Positions 36,190-46,557 are shown, counted from the stretch's first letter. The stretch: 64,000 bases of DNA from Candidatus Latescibacterota bacterium (GCA_965248265.1 CBDFJF010000001.1:960001-1024000); one strand, 5' to 3'. A program made the numbers and translations. Notes: generated by a model not told the origin, from the letters alone.

Positions 36190-37512
36190 ATGAGTAAACT
36201 TGCTTGGATCCTGGCAGCATCCTGTTTGCTGGCGTTGGATGTCAACGGCGCCGACGCCGATGCAGACCTCTATTGGCCGCAGTGGCGAGGCCCCCTCGGC
36301 AGCGGCGTCGCGCCGGGCGCCGATCCGCCGCTGGAATGGAGTGAGAGCCAGAGTATCAGGTGGAAGGTCGCTCTGCCGGGCAAGGGACACTCCACGCCTG
36401 TCATCTGGGGCGACCGCGTCTTTGCCACGACAGCCGTCCCCTACGGGGAGGCGGTAAAACCCCGCTACAGCGGAGCCCTCAACGCCCACGACGAAACGCC
36501 CGTCACACAACGCCACAGATTCGTGGTGATGGCCCTCAGCCGTAGAGACGGCGAGATCCTCTGGGAACGGACCGTACGGGACGAACTGCCGCAGGCTGGG
36601 GGACATTCCACCGCCAGCCTCGCATCCAACTCTCCGGTGACCGACGGTGAGCACCTGTTCGCCTTCTTCGGCTCGTACGGGCTCTACTGCCTGACCGTCA
36701 ATGGCAACCTGGTGTGGGAGACAGACCTCGGTACGATGGATACGCTCCATGGACATGGCGAGGGCAGCTCGCCGGCGCTTTACGGTGATACGCTCGTCAT
36801 CAACTGGGACCACGAAGGCAAGTCGTTCGTCGTGGCTTTCGACAAGCGGACCGGCGAGGAGCGCTGGAAGATCTTCCGCGATGGGGCCTCGTCATGGACG
36901 ACGCCCATCGTCGTCGACGACGGCGGGACACCACAAGTAATCATCAACGGCTCGAGGGACGTGAGAGGCTACGATCTGACGACCGGCAGCCTGATCTGGG
37001 AATGCGGGGGACTGTCGGTGGAAAACGTAGTGGCCTCGCCTGTGGCCGGAAATGGGATGGTCTTTTCGGGCAGCAGTTACGACAAGCAGTCCATGCTGGC
37101 CATTCGCTTCCACGGCGCCGAAGGCGACATCACCGGTACCAAACGGGTCGTGTGGACCCGCGTTCAGGGGGCGCCGTACGTGCCCTCGCCACTGCTGTAC
37201 GGAGAGTCCCTGTATTTCATCCGCCACTTCCAGGGCATCCTGACCCGCGTCAGCGCCCTGACGGGTGAGAATCGACCCGGGCCGCTGCGTCTGACTGGCC
37301 TCCGCTACGTGTTCGCTTCACCAGTGGGGGCAGAGGGGCGCGTGTACATCACCGACCGCGACGGCACGACACTCGTTATCAGCGACGAGGACAGCCCCCA
37401 AGTGCTGGCAACCAACCGGCTCGACGACACGTTTAGCGCATCGGCAGCCCTCGTCGGCGCCGAGTTGTTTCTGCGCGGGGAGAAATACCTCTACTGCATC
37501 TCGGAAGGTTAA
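36190..37512 (+). CDS. PQQ-like beta-propeller (BamB-like) secreted protein
   Basis: WPQWRGP, GHSTPVIWGD, ASNSPVTDG, SWTTP, YVPSP; signal peptide from ATG 36190. Confidence 0.87.
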   Translation: MSKLAWILAASCLLALDVNGADADADLYWPQWRGPLGSGVAPGADPPLEWSESQSIRWKVALPGKGHSTPVIWGDRVFATTAVPYGEAVKPRYSGALNAHDETPVTQRHRFVVMALSRRDGEILWERTVRDELPQAGGHSTASLASNSPVTDGEHLFAFFGSYGLYCLTVNGNLVWETDLGTMDTLHGHGEGSSPALYGDTLVINWDHEGKSFVVAFDKRTGEERWKIFRDGASSWTTPIVVDDGGTPQVIINGSRDVRGYDLTTGSLIWECGGLSVENVVASPVAGNGMVFSGSSYDKQSMLAIRFHGAEGDITGTKRVVWTRVQGAPYVPSPLLYGESLYFIRHFQGILTRVSALTGENRPGPLRLTGLRYVFASPVGAEGRVYITDRDGTTLVISDEDSPQVLATNRLDDTFSASAALVGAELFLRGEKYLYCISEG

Positions 37513-37620
37513 GACCAGAAACCCACGCGCGTACGAGGCGATGCGTACTATAAGTACCTTCAGGTGAGATAGTATCATGAAAGTAAGGCGCTTGATAGCG
37601 GTACTGAAACCCTACACGTG

Positions 37621-40600
37621 ATGACGCCAGGATTAATCACCTGCCTTCTTGTGGCGCTGCCGATGATCTGCTCCGCTGCTCCGGCAGACGTGGAGCGCAT
37701 CCGCGCCACGGTGGAGTACATGGCCTCCGTTGGCTCTCGGATCAGCGGCTATCCCGGCAGTGACGCGGCCGCCGACTACGTGGCCGAGGCCTTCGCTGCC
37801 GCCGGCATCAGGGAGATCGTCCGCGAGGAGTACCCGCTCAGCGTGCCGCTGGACCGCGGCAGCGAACTGGACATCTCCGCAACCGGCGAGCGCTTTCGCC
37901 TCGATGGGCTGTGGCCCAACCACGTGCGCACGACGACCGTAGAACCCGGGGGCATCACCGGCCACTTGATCTACGGCGGGCAGGGGCACCTAGCCGAGTA
38001 CAACGGCCAGGAAATGGCCGGCAGTATCATCTTGCTCGAATTCAACACCGGCACCCGTTGGTTGGAGGCCGCCTCGCTGGGAGCCCGCGCCATCATCTTC
38101 ATCGAACCTGAAGGCACCTCCTGGCGCGAGGCGAGCACGAAGTTCCTTTCCGTCCCTTTGGACATACCCAGGTTCTGGATCGATGCCGGCGTCGCGGACC
38201 GGCTCCGGGCACTATTGGATGACGGCCCCCTCGATGTGCAGCTGAAGAGCCGCATGGATTGGGTCTCTCGCGCCGGTCGCAATGTCTGGGGCGTGGTTCC
38301 GGGCAACGACCCGGAGCTCCAAAGCGAAACCATCGTCGTCCAGGCTTACTACGACGGCATCTCCGTCGTGCCTGCGCGAGCCCCCTCCGCCGAGACCGCC
38401 GGCAGCATCGCCGCCCTGCTGGAGCTGGCCAGACACCTCCAGCGCCATCCGCCTGCGCGGACCGTGGTGCTGGCGGCCACCGGCGCCCACTTTCTCGCCC
38501 AGCGGGGGATTGTCGATTTCCTCGACCGCCATGCCCGCACCCATGAGGACTACGCCGCGTTGATGGAGGAGCCGCTGCACCCTGACCTCTTCATCAGCCT
38601 GGATCTGACAAGCGGCAGCGATCAGCTCGGCATCTGGAACCACACGAGCCGCTTAGAGACCAAGCGCTTCTACGTCCCCTTCGGTCGCGCCTTTACCGCC
38701 TATGCCGAGGCGGCGGCGGCGCGCCTGGGACGGGTGGCCGAGCGCGCCCTCGTCAACGGCATCAGCCCGCTCAAGGGCCTCGACTGGTCGACCTACGTGC
38801 CGGGCGGCGTCACCGTCGACGGGCAGGTGGCGATGACGGCGGGGCTGGTGGCCCTGTCGTTCGTCACCATCGCCGACGCCCGTTTCGTCGTCGACACCCC
38901 GCTGGACCGGCCGCACCTCGTCGACTTCGACAACCTGGCGCGTCAGAGCGCTTTCCTAAACGAGATTCTGACCAGCGCCTTCAACGACGCGAAGCTGACC
39001 GCGGACCTGGAGAATTTCGACCGGGTCCTCAAGGATCGCCTGCGCACCCTCATCGTCGACGTGCGCGCCTTCCCGCGCCGCAGCCAGGTACCTGACCGCA
39101 TCGTCGAGGGGGCCATCGTCGCCCTGGGCGCCGGAGCCGCCCGTCAAGCCGGTCTGGGGTTCAAACCCCACAAGGGGGTGCGCGCCTTCCATTTCCACCT
39201 GGCCGACGACAGGGGGAGCGCCGTCATCCCCGGACTGCCCCTGGGGGCCGTGCCGGTCAGCGCCTATGTCCTGGATCCGGAGACCGGCGACGTCGTCTAC
39301 GCCCCCGACAACAGCGAGCGCGCCCAGAAGCTGCACGGCAAGAGCATGGCCCAGGCCATTCGCTTCCGCGGCGAGCACAAGACGTTCGTCGTCTTCCCCT
39401 GCATGTCGCGGCCGCTGTTCGGCCTGATCGACCCCCGGTCGCTGCAGGCCGTCAGTGAGATAACAGTTCAAAACCACGCGGGCGTCGCGCCCAAGGAATT
39501 CGGAGTGGCGAAAGGCAGCGGCATCCTGGAACCGGTAGCGGTGGTGTTCGCCGCTGCCGATGACAGCCTCATGTACTTGATGTCGGACAGCATGATTCTC
39601 ACCAACAGCCGCGCCAGAGCGCGCGGCACCGGCTACGTCGTCGGCCGGGACCCACTCGAACGCACCGAATACCTGGCGGTCCAGGACATGTGGCGGCTCA
39701 ACGACGAGCGCCTGGCCACCATGCGCGAGCACGCCATCGAGAACCCGAGACTGGAAGGACTACACGCGTACGGCCGCGAGCTCATCGACCGAGCTACGGC
39801 GGCGGCCGAGAGGAGGGAGTGGGATGTCTTCATGGCCAACGTGCGGGCGGCCAGGGGGATCACCTCCAGGGCCTACCCGGACGTGATGGGGACACTGAAC
39901 GATGTCATCAAGGGGTTGGTGTTTTTCCTGGCATTGGTGCTTCCGGCCGCGTTCTTCGGCGAGCGTCTGCTGTTCGCCGCCGCGGACATCCGCTGGCAGC
40001 TGTCCGGTTTCGCCCTGATCCTGGCCGTCGTCTGGGCGGTGATCTCGCAGGTGCATCCGGCCTTCGCCATCGCCCATCCGACCGTCGTCCTACTGGCCTT
40101 CGCCATCATGGCGATGGCCGCCTTCGTGTTCGCCATGATCTTCTCGCGCTTCGACCACTACGTTAAGGAGCGCCAGGCCCACACCGCCCAGATGTACCGG
40201 GCCGACGTCAATCGCCTCAGCGCTTCCTATGCCGCCTTCACGCTGGGCATATCCAACATGCGGCGGCGCAAGCTGCGCACGGGGCTGACGCTGGTGACGC
40301 TGACCCTGCTCACCTTCGCCGTGCTCTCCTTCACTTCGTTCCGGCCGCAGCTCTCGTTCCTCGCCTTCCCGACGTCGCACGAGGCCCGCTACGAGGGCAC
40401 TCTGATCCGCGACCGTGGCTGGCGGGAGCTGTCGCCGCCGACCCTCAACTACGCCCTCTCCCATTTCGACCGCCAGGCCGTCGTCAGCCCGCGCAACTGG
40501 CTGGTAACCGAAACAGAACACCTCAAGAGCTATATCGAGATCCAGGGGGACGCCGGCACGACGCGGGCCGGTGGTCTGCTGGGACTGTCGCCGCAGGAAA

Positions 40601-42024
40601 CACAGGTCACCCGCATCGACGAAGCCCTGGCCGCTGGCAGTTTCTTCGAGCAGGATGACGAAGCCAGTTGTCTGCTTCCGGAGAAGATGGCGGCGGCGCT
40701 GGGCATCAGCGTCGGGGATGTGGGCCGAGCCACCGTGCGCGTGTTCGGCGCAGACCTCGTCGTCCGCGGCATCATCGACGCCAGCGCGTTCGCCGCCATC
40801 CGGGACCTGGACTCGGAACCTCTGACCCCGGCCGACTTCCAGATGGTCGACCTCCAGATGCGCGGCGGCCAGTCAGAGGTGTCGATGGATGTCGAGGCAG
40901 GAGAGAAAACGGACGAGATCAGGCCGTTCGTGCACGTGCCGGCGGACAACGTGCTGATCATGCCGTACGGGACGGCGTGGGCGGCCGGCGGCACCCTGCG
41001 TTCGATCGGCGTCCGCTTCGGCGAGAACGTGAGGGGCCAGCCCCTGCTGGAGGACTTCCTGACGCGCGTGGCCGTGACCCTGTTCGCCGGCATCCGTGAC
41101 CCGCTCACCGGGGAAGTCGAGGTGTCCTCCTATACGTCCGTCGGTATGACGGCGGTCGAGGGCCTGGGGGCGCTCATCGTGCCCTTGGTCATCGCCGCCC
41201 TCATCGTCCTCAACACCATGCTGGGCGCCGTCTATGAACGCCAGCGGGAGATCGGCGTGTACTCTGCGGTCGGGCTGGCACCCGTGCACATCGCCCTGCT
41301 GTTCGTGGCGGAGGCCTGCGTCTACGCCGTCGTCGGGGTCGTTCTCGGCTACATCCTGGGGCAGAGCGCGGCGAAGCTGCTGCTGGGTTGGGGCCTCGTT
41401 CAGAGCACGGAACTGAACTACTCTTCCATGGCGGCCATCTTTTCCGCCATCATGGTCATGGCCGTGGTGCTGTTGTCGACGATCTACCCGGCGCGCCTCG
41501 CCGCGAACAGCGCCGTGCCGGACACCATGCGGCGCTGGGTACCGCCCCCGCCGGATGGCGACCACTGGGAATTCGACTTCCCCTTCGCGATCGGCGCAGC
41601 CGAGGTCCAGGGATTGAGCGGATTCCTGGCCAACTACTGCAAGGCCAACAACGAGGATTCGGTCGGCAACTTCTACACCGAGGACGTCCGCCTGGTCCGC
41701 GACGTCGAGAGGTCGGGCCCCGGCGGCTGCTCCCTGCTCATGACAGCCTGGCTGGCCCCCTTCGACATGGGCGTGAGCCAGCACCTGCGGCTGGACTTCG
41801 TGCCTTCGTCCGAGCCCAGCATATACGTGGTCAAGGTCATCATCGAGTGGGCCAGCGGTGAAAACTCATCCTGGCGGCGGCTCAATCAGCGCTTCATGAA
41901 CGATCTGCGCAAGCAGTTCCTGCAGTGGCACATGTTCAGCGAAGAAGCCAAGGCTTACCACCAGCAGGCAGCCGAGGTGATGCTGGCGCAGAGCCGGCAG
42001 CAAATCGAGACACCGGAAGGTTGA
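37621..42024 (+). CDS. Large membrane protein: M28-peptidase-like/PA ectodomain fused to an FtsX/MacB-like permease
   Basis: GSRISGYPG, AYYDG, NMRRRKLRTGLTL, LNTMLGAVYERQREIGVYSAVGLAP. Confidence 0.82.
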   Translation: MTPGLITCLLVALPMICSAAPADVERIRATVEYMASVGSRISGYPGSDAAADYVAEAFAAAGIREIVREEYPLSVPLDRGSELDISATGERFRLDGLWPNHVRTTTVEPGGITGHLIYGGQGHLAEYNGQEMAGSIILLEFNTGTRWLEAASLGARAIIFIEPEGTSWREASTKFLSVPLDIPRFWIDAGVADRLRALLDDGPLDVQLKSRMDWVSRAGRNVWGVVPGNDPELQSETIVVQAYYDGISVVPARAPSAETAGSIAALLELARHLQRHPPARTVVLAATGAHFLAQRGIVDFLDRHARTHEDYAALMEEPLHPDLFISLDLTSGSDQLGIWNHTSRLETKRFYVPFGRAFTAYAEAAAARLGRVAERALVNGISPLKGLDWSTYVPGGVTVDGQVAMTAGLVALSFVTIADARFVVDTPLDRPHLVDFDNLARQSAFLNEILTSAFNDAKLTADLENFDRVLKDRLRTLIVDVRAFPRRSQVPDRIVEGAIVALGAGAARQAGLGFKPHKGVRAFHFHLADDRGSAVIPGLPLGAVPVSAYVLDPETGDVVYAPDNSERAQKLHGKSMAQAIRFRGEHKTFVVFPCMSRPLFGLIDPRSLQAVSEITVQNHAGVAPKEFGVAKGSGILEPVAVVFAAADDSLMYLMSDSMILTNSRARARGTGYVVGRDPLERTEYLAVQDMWRLNDERLATMREHAIENPRLEGLHAYGRELIDRATAAAERREWDVFMANVRAARGITSRAYPDVMGTLNDVIKGLVFFLALVLPAAFFGERLLFAAADIRWQLSGFALILAVVWAVISQVHPAFAIAHPTVVLLAFAIMAMAAFVFAMIFSRFDHYVKERQAHTAQMYRADVNRLSASYAAFTLGISNMRRRKLRTGLTLVTLTLLTFAVLSFTSFRPQLSFLAFPTSHEARYEGTLIRDRGWRELSPPTLNYALSHFDRQAVVSPRNWLVTETEHLKSYIEIQGDAGTTRAGGLLGLSPQETQVTRIDEALAAGSFFEQDDEASCLLPEKMAAALGISVGDVGRATVRVFGADLVVRGIIDASAFAAIRDLDSEPLTPADFQMVDLQMRGGQSEVSMDVEAGEKTDEIRPFVHVPADNVLIMPYGTAWAAGGTLRSIGVRFGENVRGQPLLEDFLTRVAVTLFAGIRDPLTGEVEVSSYTSVGMTAVEGLGALIVPLVIAALIVLNTMLGAVYERQREIGVYSAVGLAPVHIALLFVAEACVYAVVGVVLGYILGQSAAKLLLGWGLVQSTELNYSSMAAIFSAIMVMAVVLLSTIYPARLAANSAVPDTMRRWVPPPPDGDHWEFDFPFAIGAAEVQGLSGFLANYCKANNEDSVGNFYTEDVRLVRDVERSGPGGCSLLMTAWLAPFDMGVSQHLRLDFVPSSEPSIYVVKVIIEWASGENSSWRRLNQRFMNDLRKQFLQWHMFSEEAKAYHQQAAEVMLAQSRQQIETPEG

Positions 42025-42031
42025 CGATCCA

Positions 42032-44740
42032 TTGGCCGCGCAAGAGCTGACGAGGAAACAACGGGCCAGGCTCGAACGGGAATGGCAGGAGGTCAAGGAA
42101 TACCGCGATCTGCTGCAGCCTCCCGACGGCTTCGACGAAGGCTTCACCATGCGGACGATCATCGGGGTGCTGTTCATCTCGCTGATCATGACGCCGGGAG
42201 AAATGTACCTGGGCCTGGTGACGGGCGGGGGCATCGGGGCCGCGGCCCAGTGGGTGACCGTCATCCTGTTCCTGGAGGTGGCCAAGCGCTCGTTCACCTC
42301 GCTCAAGCGACAGGAAATCTACCTGCTCGTCTACGTCGCCGGGGCGCTTGTGGCGCGCGAAGAGGGCGCCTTCCTCGATCTGCTGTGGCGGCAGTACTTC
42401 GTGCGCTCTCCCGAGGCCGAGCAGTTCGGCGTGGCCGAGATCCTCCCGTTCTGGTGGGCACCCGGACCCACTTCCGAGGCTCTCGAGCTACGCACCTTCA
42501 TTCACCCCGACTGGGCATGGCCGATCGGCCTCCTCGTCCTCGGCACCATCGTCGGGCGCATATCCTGGTTCACCTCCGGGTACGTGCTGTTCCGACTCAC
42601 TTCGGACCGCGAGCAGCTGCCGTTCCCGACCGCACCCATGTCGGCGCTGGGATCGATGGCCCTGGCCGAGGAGAGCGGCGATGAGAAGGAGACCTGGAAG
42701 TGGCCGATCTTCAGCGTCGGGGCCGTCATCGGCGGGGCCTTCGGCGTTCTCTACGTCGGCATCCCGACGTTGACGGAGGTCTTGGGCCAGCGAATCGAGC
42801 TGATCCCCATTCCCTTCGCCGATTTCACGCCCTATCTCGGTCACTTCCTACCGGCTACGCCCTTGGGTATCACGCTCCATCTGGGACCCATTTTCGCCGG
42901 CCTGCTCATGCCGTTCTGGGCGGTGATCGGTTCTTTCTCCGGCGTCGTCGTCCACACGCTTGTGAGTCCCCTGCTCTACGATCTGGGTCTGCTGCCACGC
43001 TGGGTTCTGGGCATGGACACGATCAACACCCAGATCGCCACCGGCATCGATTTCTGGAGGGCGTTCGGGATCGGCATCACCCTGGCCGTCACCTTCATCA
43101 GCTTCTATCAGCTGTGGGCCACCCTGGGCCGGCAGAAGGGGCAGATCAAGGAGTACTTCGGCGGCGATGGAGACGGCGAGAAGCAGTATCCGGCCACCTG
43201 TCGGCACGAAGGGTGCAACCATCCCTCGGAAGTGCGGGGGTACTGCATTAGACACCTGGGCCGGGGCGATTTCAACATCTGGATCTGCATCGGCCTCTTC
43301 AGTGTCGCCGCTATCTACCCGATCCTGCTCGCCAAGACTCTGTTCCCGAGCCTCGTCGGCGTCGGTCTGCTGGTCACCTTCGCCCTGATCGCCTTCGTCT
43401 ACGCCCCGATCATGTCCTTCGTCAGCGCCCGCCTCGACGGCCTCATCGGGCGCGAGGTGGCCATCCCCTACATCAACGAAGCCATCATCTTCCTGACCGG
43501 GTACCGGGGCGTCGACGTCTGGTTCGTGCCCTTTCCGACCCGCAATTTCGGCGGCCACGCCGAGGGCTTCCGCGTCGTCGAGCTGGTCGGTATGCGCTTC
43601 ACCAGTCTGCTCAAGGCCGAAATCTTCATGCTGCCGATCGTCCTCGGCGTCAGCCTGATGTACTGGACCTTCCTGTGGCAGCTGGCGCCGATTCCGTCCG
43701 AGAGCTATCCATACGCCCAGCGCATGTGGCCGCTGCGCGCCTTCGAACAAGCCCTGTTCTATTCCAGCACCATGTACAACACAATGTGGCGGGCCGGGGA
43801 GAGCGTCGACGACGGCGCTGTTCTGGATCACGGACAGGTCGCCTGGAGCCCGAGCAATCTGCAGGACGGTCACTGGTGGTACTGGCGCGCGCGCGCGACC
43901 CGGGAGCACAACATCCCCAACGAACTCAAGAGGGAGTACGGCCCATGGTCGGAGATGGGCTATTTCTACACCGACTTCAAGGGCGGCAACCCCCCTCGCG
44001 CCGGGCCAGATCTGGAGGGGCTCGAGCGGCTCGAGCGGCGAGCGCGAGCCGCCACCGGACGCGCCCGGCACTCGCGAGCACTCAAACCGCCCCCGGCCCC
44101 ACAACTGGCGTGGCCTCCCGTCGGGGCGGTCCTGCATGGAAGCGAGGCGATGAATCCGAACCTGCGCGCGGTCCTGCACTTGGCGGCGGCGGACTCCGTC
44201 GAGTTCTACGTCGAGATCGACCGGCTGCCGACCTTCGACGGGACGTTCTTACAAAAGTCGTCCGACGTACCGTTGATGTATGCGGTATTGTGGGAGGATG
44301 TGAAATACACGGGAGATGGCAAGGACGACGATGGTGACGGCCGCGTCGACGAGGAGGTCAAGAACGGCCGCGACGACGACGGCGACGGGGCCGTTGACGA
44401 GGACATCCATCATCCGTTGCAGGGCAAAAAGTGGAAGATCATCCTGATCGGCACCGGGTTCGGACTCGTGGCCTACTTCGCCCTCGCCGCCTTCGGCATG
44501 CCGATATTCCTGATTTGGGGGTACGTCCAGAGCGTCAACGGCATTCCCCACGCGTTGCTGCCGCAGATCATCGGTGCCCTGTTTGGCCGCTTCTACTTCT
44601 GGAAGCGATACGGAAAGCAGCAGTGGCGGCGATACGCCATGGTGCTGAGCGTCGGCTTCGGCGTCGGCATGGCGCTGGTCGGGATGTTCTGCGCCGCTCT
44701 GGCGATGGTGAGCAAGGCCGTGTCATCGCTCACCTATTGA
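42032..44740 (+). CDS. OPT-like multi-pass membrane (peptide transporter-like) protein with soluble insertions
   Basis: Many TM segments; AAQWVTVILF, EQLPFPTAP, PIPSESYPY; TTG start 7 bp after the upstream gene. Confidence 0.75.
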   Translation: MAAQELTRKQRARLEREWQEVKEYRDLLQPPDGFDEGFTMRTIIGVLFISLIMTPGEMYLGLVTGGGIGAAAQWVTVILFLEVAKRSFTSLKRQEIYLLVYVAGALVAREEGAFLDLLWRQYFVRSPEAEQFGVAEILPFWWAPGPTSEALELRTFIHPDWAWPIGLLVLGTIVGRISWFTSGYVLFRLTSDREQLPFPTAPMSALGSMALAEESGDEKETWKWPIFSVGAVIGGAFGVLYVGIPTLTEVLGQRIELIPIPFADFTPYLGHFLPATPLGITLHLGPIFAGLLMPFWAVIGSFSGVVVHTLVSPLLYDLGLLPRWVLGMDTINTQIATGIDFWRAFGIGITLAVTFISFYQLWATLGRQKGQIKEYFGGDGDGEKQYPATCRHEGCNHPSEVRGYCIRHLGRGDFNIWICIGLFSVAAIYPILLAKTLFPSLVGVGLLVTFALIAFVYAPIMSFVSARLDGLIGREVAIPYINEAIIFLTGYRGVDVWFVPFPTRNFGGHAEGFRVVELVGMRFTSLLKAEIFMLPIVLGVSLMYWTFLWQLAPIPSESYPYAQRMWPLRAFEQALFYSSTMYNTMWRAGESVDDGAVLDHGQVAWSPSNLQDGHWWYWRARATREHNIPNELKREYGPWSEMGYFYTDFKGGNPPRAGPDLEGLERLERRARAATGRARHSRALKPPPAPQLAWPPVGAVLHGSEAMNPNLRAVLHLAAADSVEFYVEIDRLPTFDGTFLQKSSDVPLMYAVLWEDVKYTGDGKDDDGDGRVDEEVKNGRDDDGDGAVDEDIHHPLQGKKWKIILIGTGFGLVAYFALAAFGMPIFLIWGYVQSVNGIPHALLPQIIGALFGRFYFWKRYGKQQWRRYAMVLSVGFGVGMALVGMFCAALAMVSKAVSSLTY

Positions 44741-45009
44741 GAAAAGCAAGCGGCGAGCCCCAGCGGAGTCGAACGGTACTCCTCATCGATCGGATCGATC
44801 TCAGCACGTGAGTCGCGGTCGAATAGGAATCGTTTCGATAAAGTCTGATGTTCGGGGTGGTAACCCAAGAACCGAAACTGAGTGGCGTGTATCCGGGTCT
44901 GGATATTGTTTTAAGTGCATTTTGTTACGTATACAACCAGTTTATCTGACATGACTTTGTGACGGCTTTCATGTAGATTACGAGCAATGGCCGCAAAGGA
45001 GCTACCACA

Positions 45010-45222
45010 ATTAAGTACCGAGTTGTCGTGGAAGTAGATGAAGACGGTGTGTTTGTTGCCGAGGTCCCTGTCTTGCCTGGATGCATCTCTCAGGGCGCTT
45101 CGCGAGACGCGGCTCTCGCCAACATCCGGGAGGCTATCTCCCTTTACATTGAGAGTCTTGAGAAACGTGGCGAACCGGTTCCTCCACCCATTAGTGAGGA
45201 AATCGTCGAGGTCGGTAATTGA
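45010..45222 (+). CDS. hicB: HicB-family antitoxin, orphan, ATT at the expected start
   Basis: IKYRVVVEVDEDGVFVAEVPVLPGCISQG...ALANIREAISLYIE; AAGGAG 8 nt before ATT; no hicA. Confidence 0.7.
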   Translation: MKYRVVVEVDEDGVFVAEVPVLPGCISQGASRDAALANIREAISLYIESLEKRGEPVPPPISEEIVEVGN

Positions 45223-46243
45223 AATCAAGGCGATCGCGCAACTCAAGGACACCATCAGGTAGGGGATAGGCAACGAATACTATTTCCGAATGCTGCGTTG
45301 TGTTGACCTCGAAGGCGACGAGCACGATCGTGTCGCCTGGATCCACCGCTTCGTCAATCTCCGGATCGGCCAGAAACGCGAAATCGCCCACCGTTGTTGG
45401 AAGAATCGTCTCCCAGGCGCTCTGCAAGTCAGATAGTATGTCGCGAACTACCGGCTCCATCCGGGCCCGCTCATCAGAGGTCAACGAGTAATCCTGATTT
45501 GCGCCCTTCCCCAACATAGAGAAGACCAATGGCATGGCCACATCGAGCACCGAACGGCTTCGCATCGTGCTTATGCTGAAGGTGCACAGACATCCGGTTC
45601 GCGGCAGCGATCGGACATGTTGGATGTACTCGAGATAGGTCGTCTGGTCGATAAAGCGCGTGTCACACATAGCCGTATCGCCCAGGTGGTGCGAAAGAGT
45701 TTTTGCGAGCAGAGGTGCGTATGCGTCGTGCAGAAGCTCCATGGTGAACAGCTGGGGGCTACTTAGCTTGGTCCAGCCGGCGGCCGGCTCAAAGGTTTCG
45801 ACTAACCTAGGCCAACTGTTGAATCCGTATTCCCGTGCTAACACGAACTGGGCATCGTTGAGAGTGAACTCGCCACCGCGGCTCATGCCGGCCCTCTCGG
45901 TCGCCTCCTCATCGCCGGCTCGGTAAGCCCTGAGTAGCTTCTTGGCCTGTTTCTTCAAATGCTCCAGGCTGGCACCGCCTCGCAGCAACTTGTGCCCCCA
46001 GCCTGCTTCCTGCACTGAATGCCAACTCTCGAATCCGTGTTCGCGCGATGCGACCTCGAGCGTATCTGTGACGTTGCCGGAGGCGAGAATCTCGCCATCC
46101 GAGGCATGTGCGAAACGGGGCGACAACTGCCGAACGCGCGGGCAAACGGTCTGGTCACCGCGTAGCAGCGCTTGCAGGATTACACGAGCATCCCGACGGA
46201 TCTGGCCGATGTCGGGCTTGGACGGGGATTGTGACTTGGACAT
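45191..46243 (-). CDS. Hypothetical protein: two N-terminal LEHLKKQAK-type repeats plus a FliM/CheC-like domain
   Basis: SLEHLKKQAKKLL...AQFVLAREYGFNSW and a degenerate first copy; C-terminal IDQTTYLEYI...LTSDE...DLQSAW...DTIVLVAFEV...YP resembles FliM. Confidence 0.65.
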   Translation of the reverse strand: MSKSQSPSKPDIGQIRRDARVILQALLRGDQTVCPRVRQLSPRFAHASDGEILASGNVTDTLEVASREHGFESWHSVQEAGWGHKLLRGGASLEHLKKQAKKLLRAYRAGDEEATERAGMSRGGEFTLNDAQFVLAREYGFNSWPRLVETFEPAAGWTKLSSPQLFTMELLHDAYAPLLAKTLSHHLGDTAMCDTRFIDQTTYLEYIQHVRSLPRTGCLCTFSISTMRSRSVLDVAMPLVFSMLGKGANQDYSLTSDERARMEPVVRDILSDLQSAWETILPTTVGDFAFLADPEIDEAVDPGDTIVLVAFEVNTTQHSEIVFVAYPLPDGVLELRDRLDFNYRPRRFPH

Positions 46244-46557
46244 GAGAACCCTCTCTCCGTGATGCGCCTGGTGCCCGCCCGATCAGGCTGAAAGAAGGTC
46301 TATGTATTTGGTAGGCTGAAGGTGGGTTGAACCCTTACCGCGGGCCGGAGGCTTCCTTCGAAGCGCGTATTACCATGTTAATCCGGGATGGGGCAAAATG
46401 CAAGCACTCGATCCGATGGAATGTGGGGCATCGGTGGACTCCGTAGGCACGACCTGGCTGATTGGAGCTGGCGCGAACATTCATTTGATGTTCGTCTTTC
46501 GATTGGCTACAATGCCCTGCACAGTTGCTCCACGCTGACACGGAACGGAGGACAGCC

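Noticed and set aside
42848-44179. Long antisense or alternate-frame ORFs (also 31955-33079, 56577-57941, 5993-6781)
   Set aside because: They overlap well-supported genes and are expected in high-GC DNA; no recognisable motifs.
44930-44955. Possible cassette start (ccagtttatctgacatg) before hicB
   Set aside because: It resembles the junction at 4607-4623, but no matching R'' or hairpin was found.
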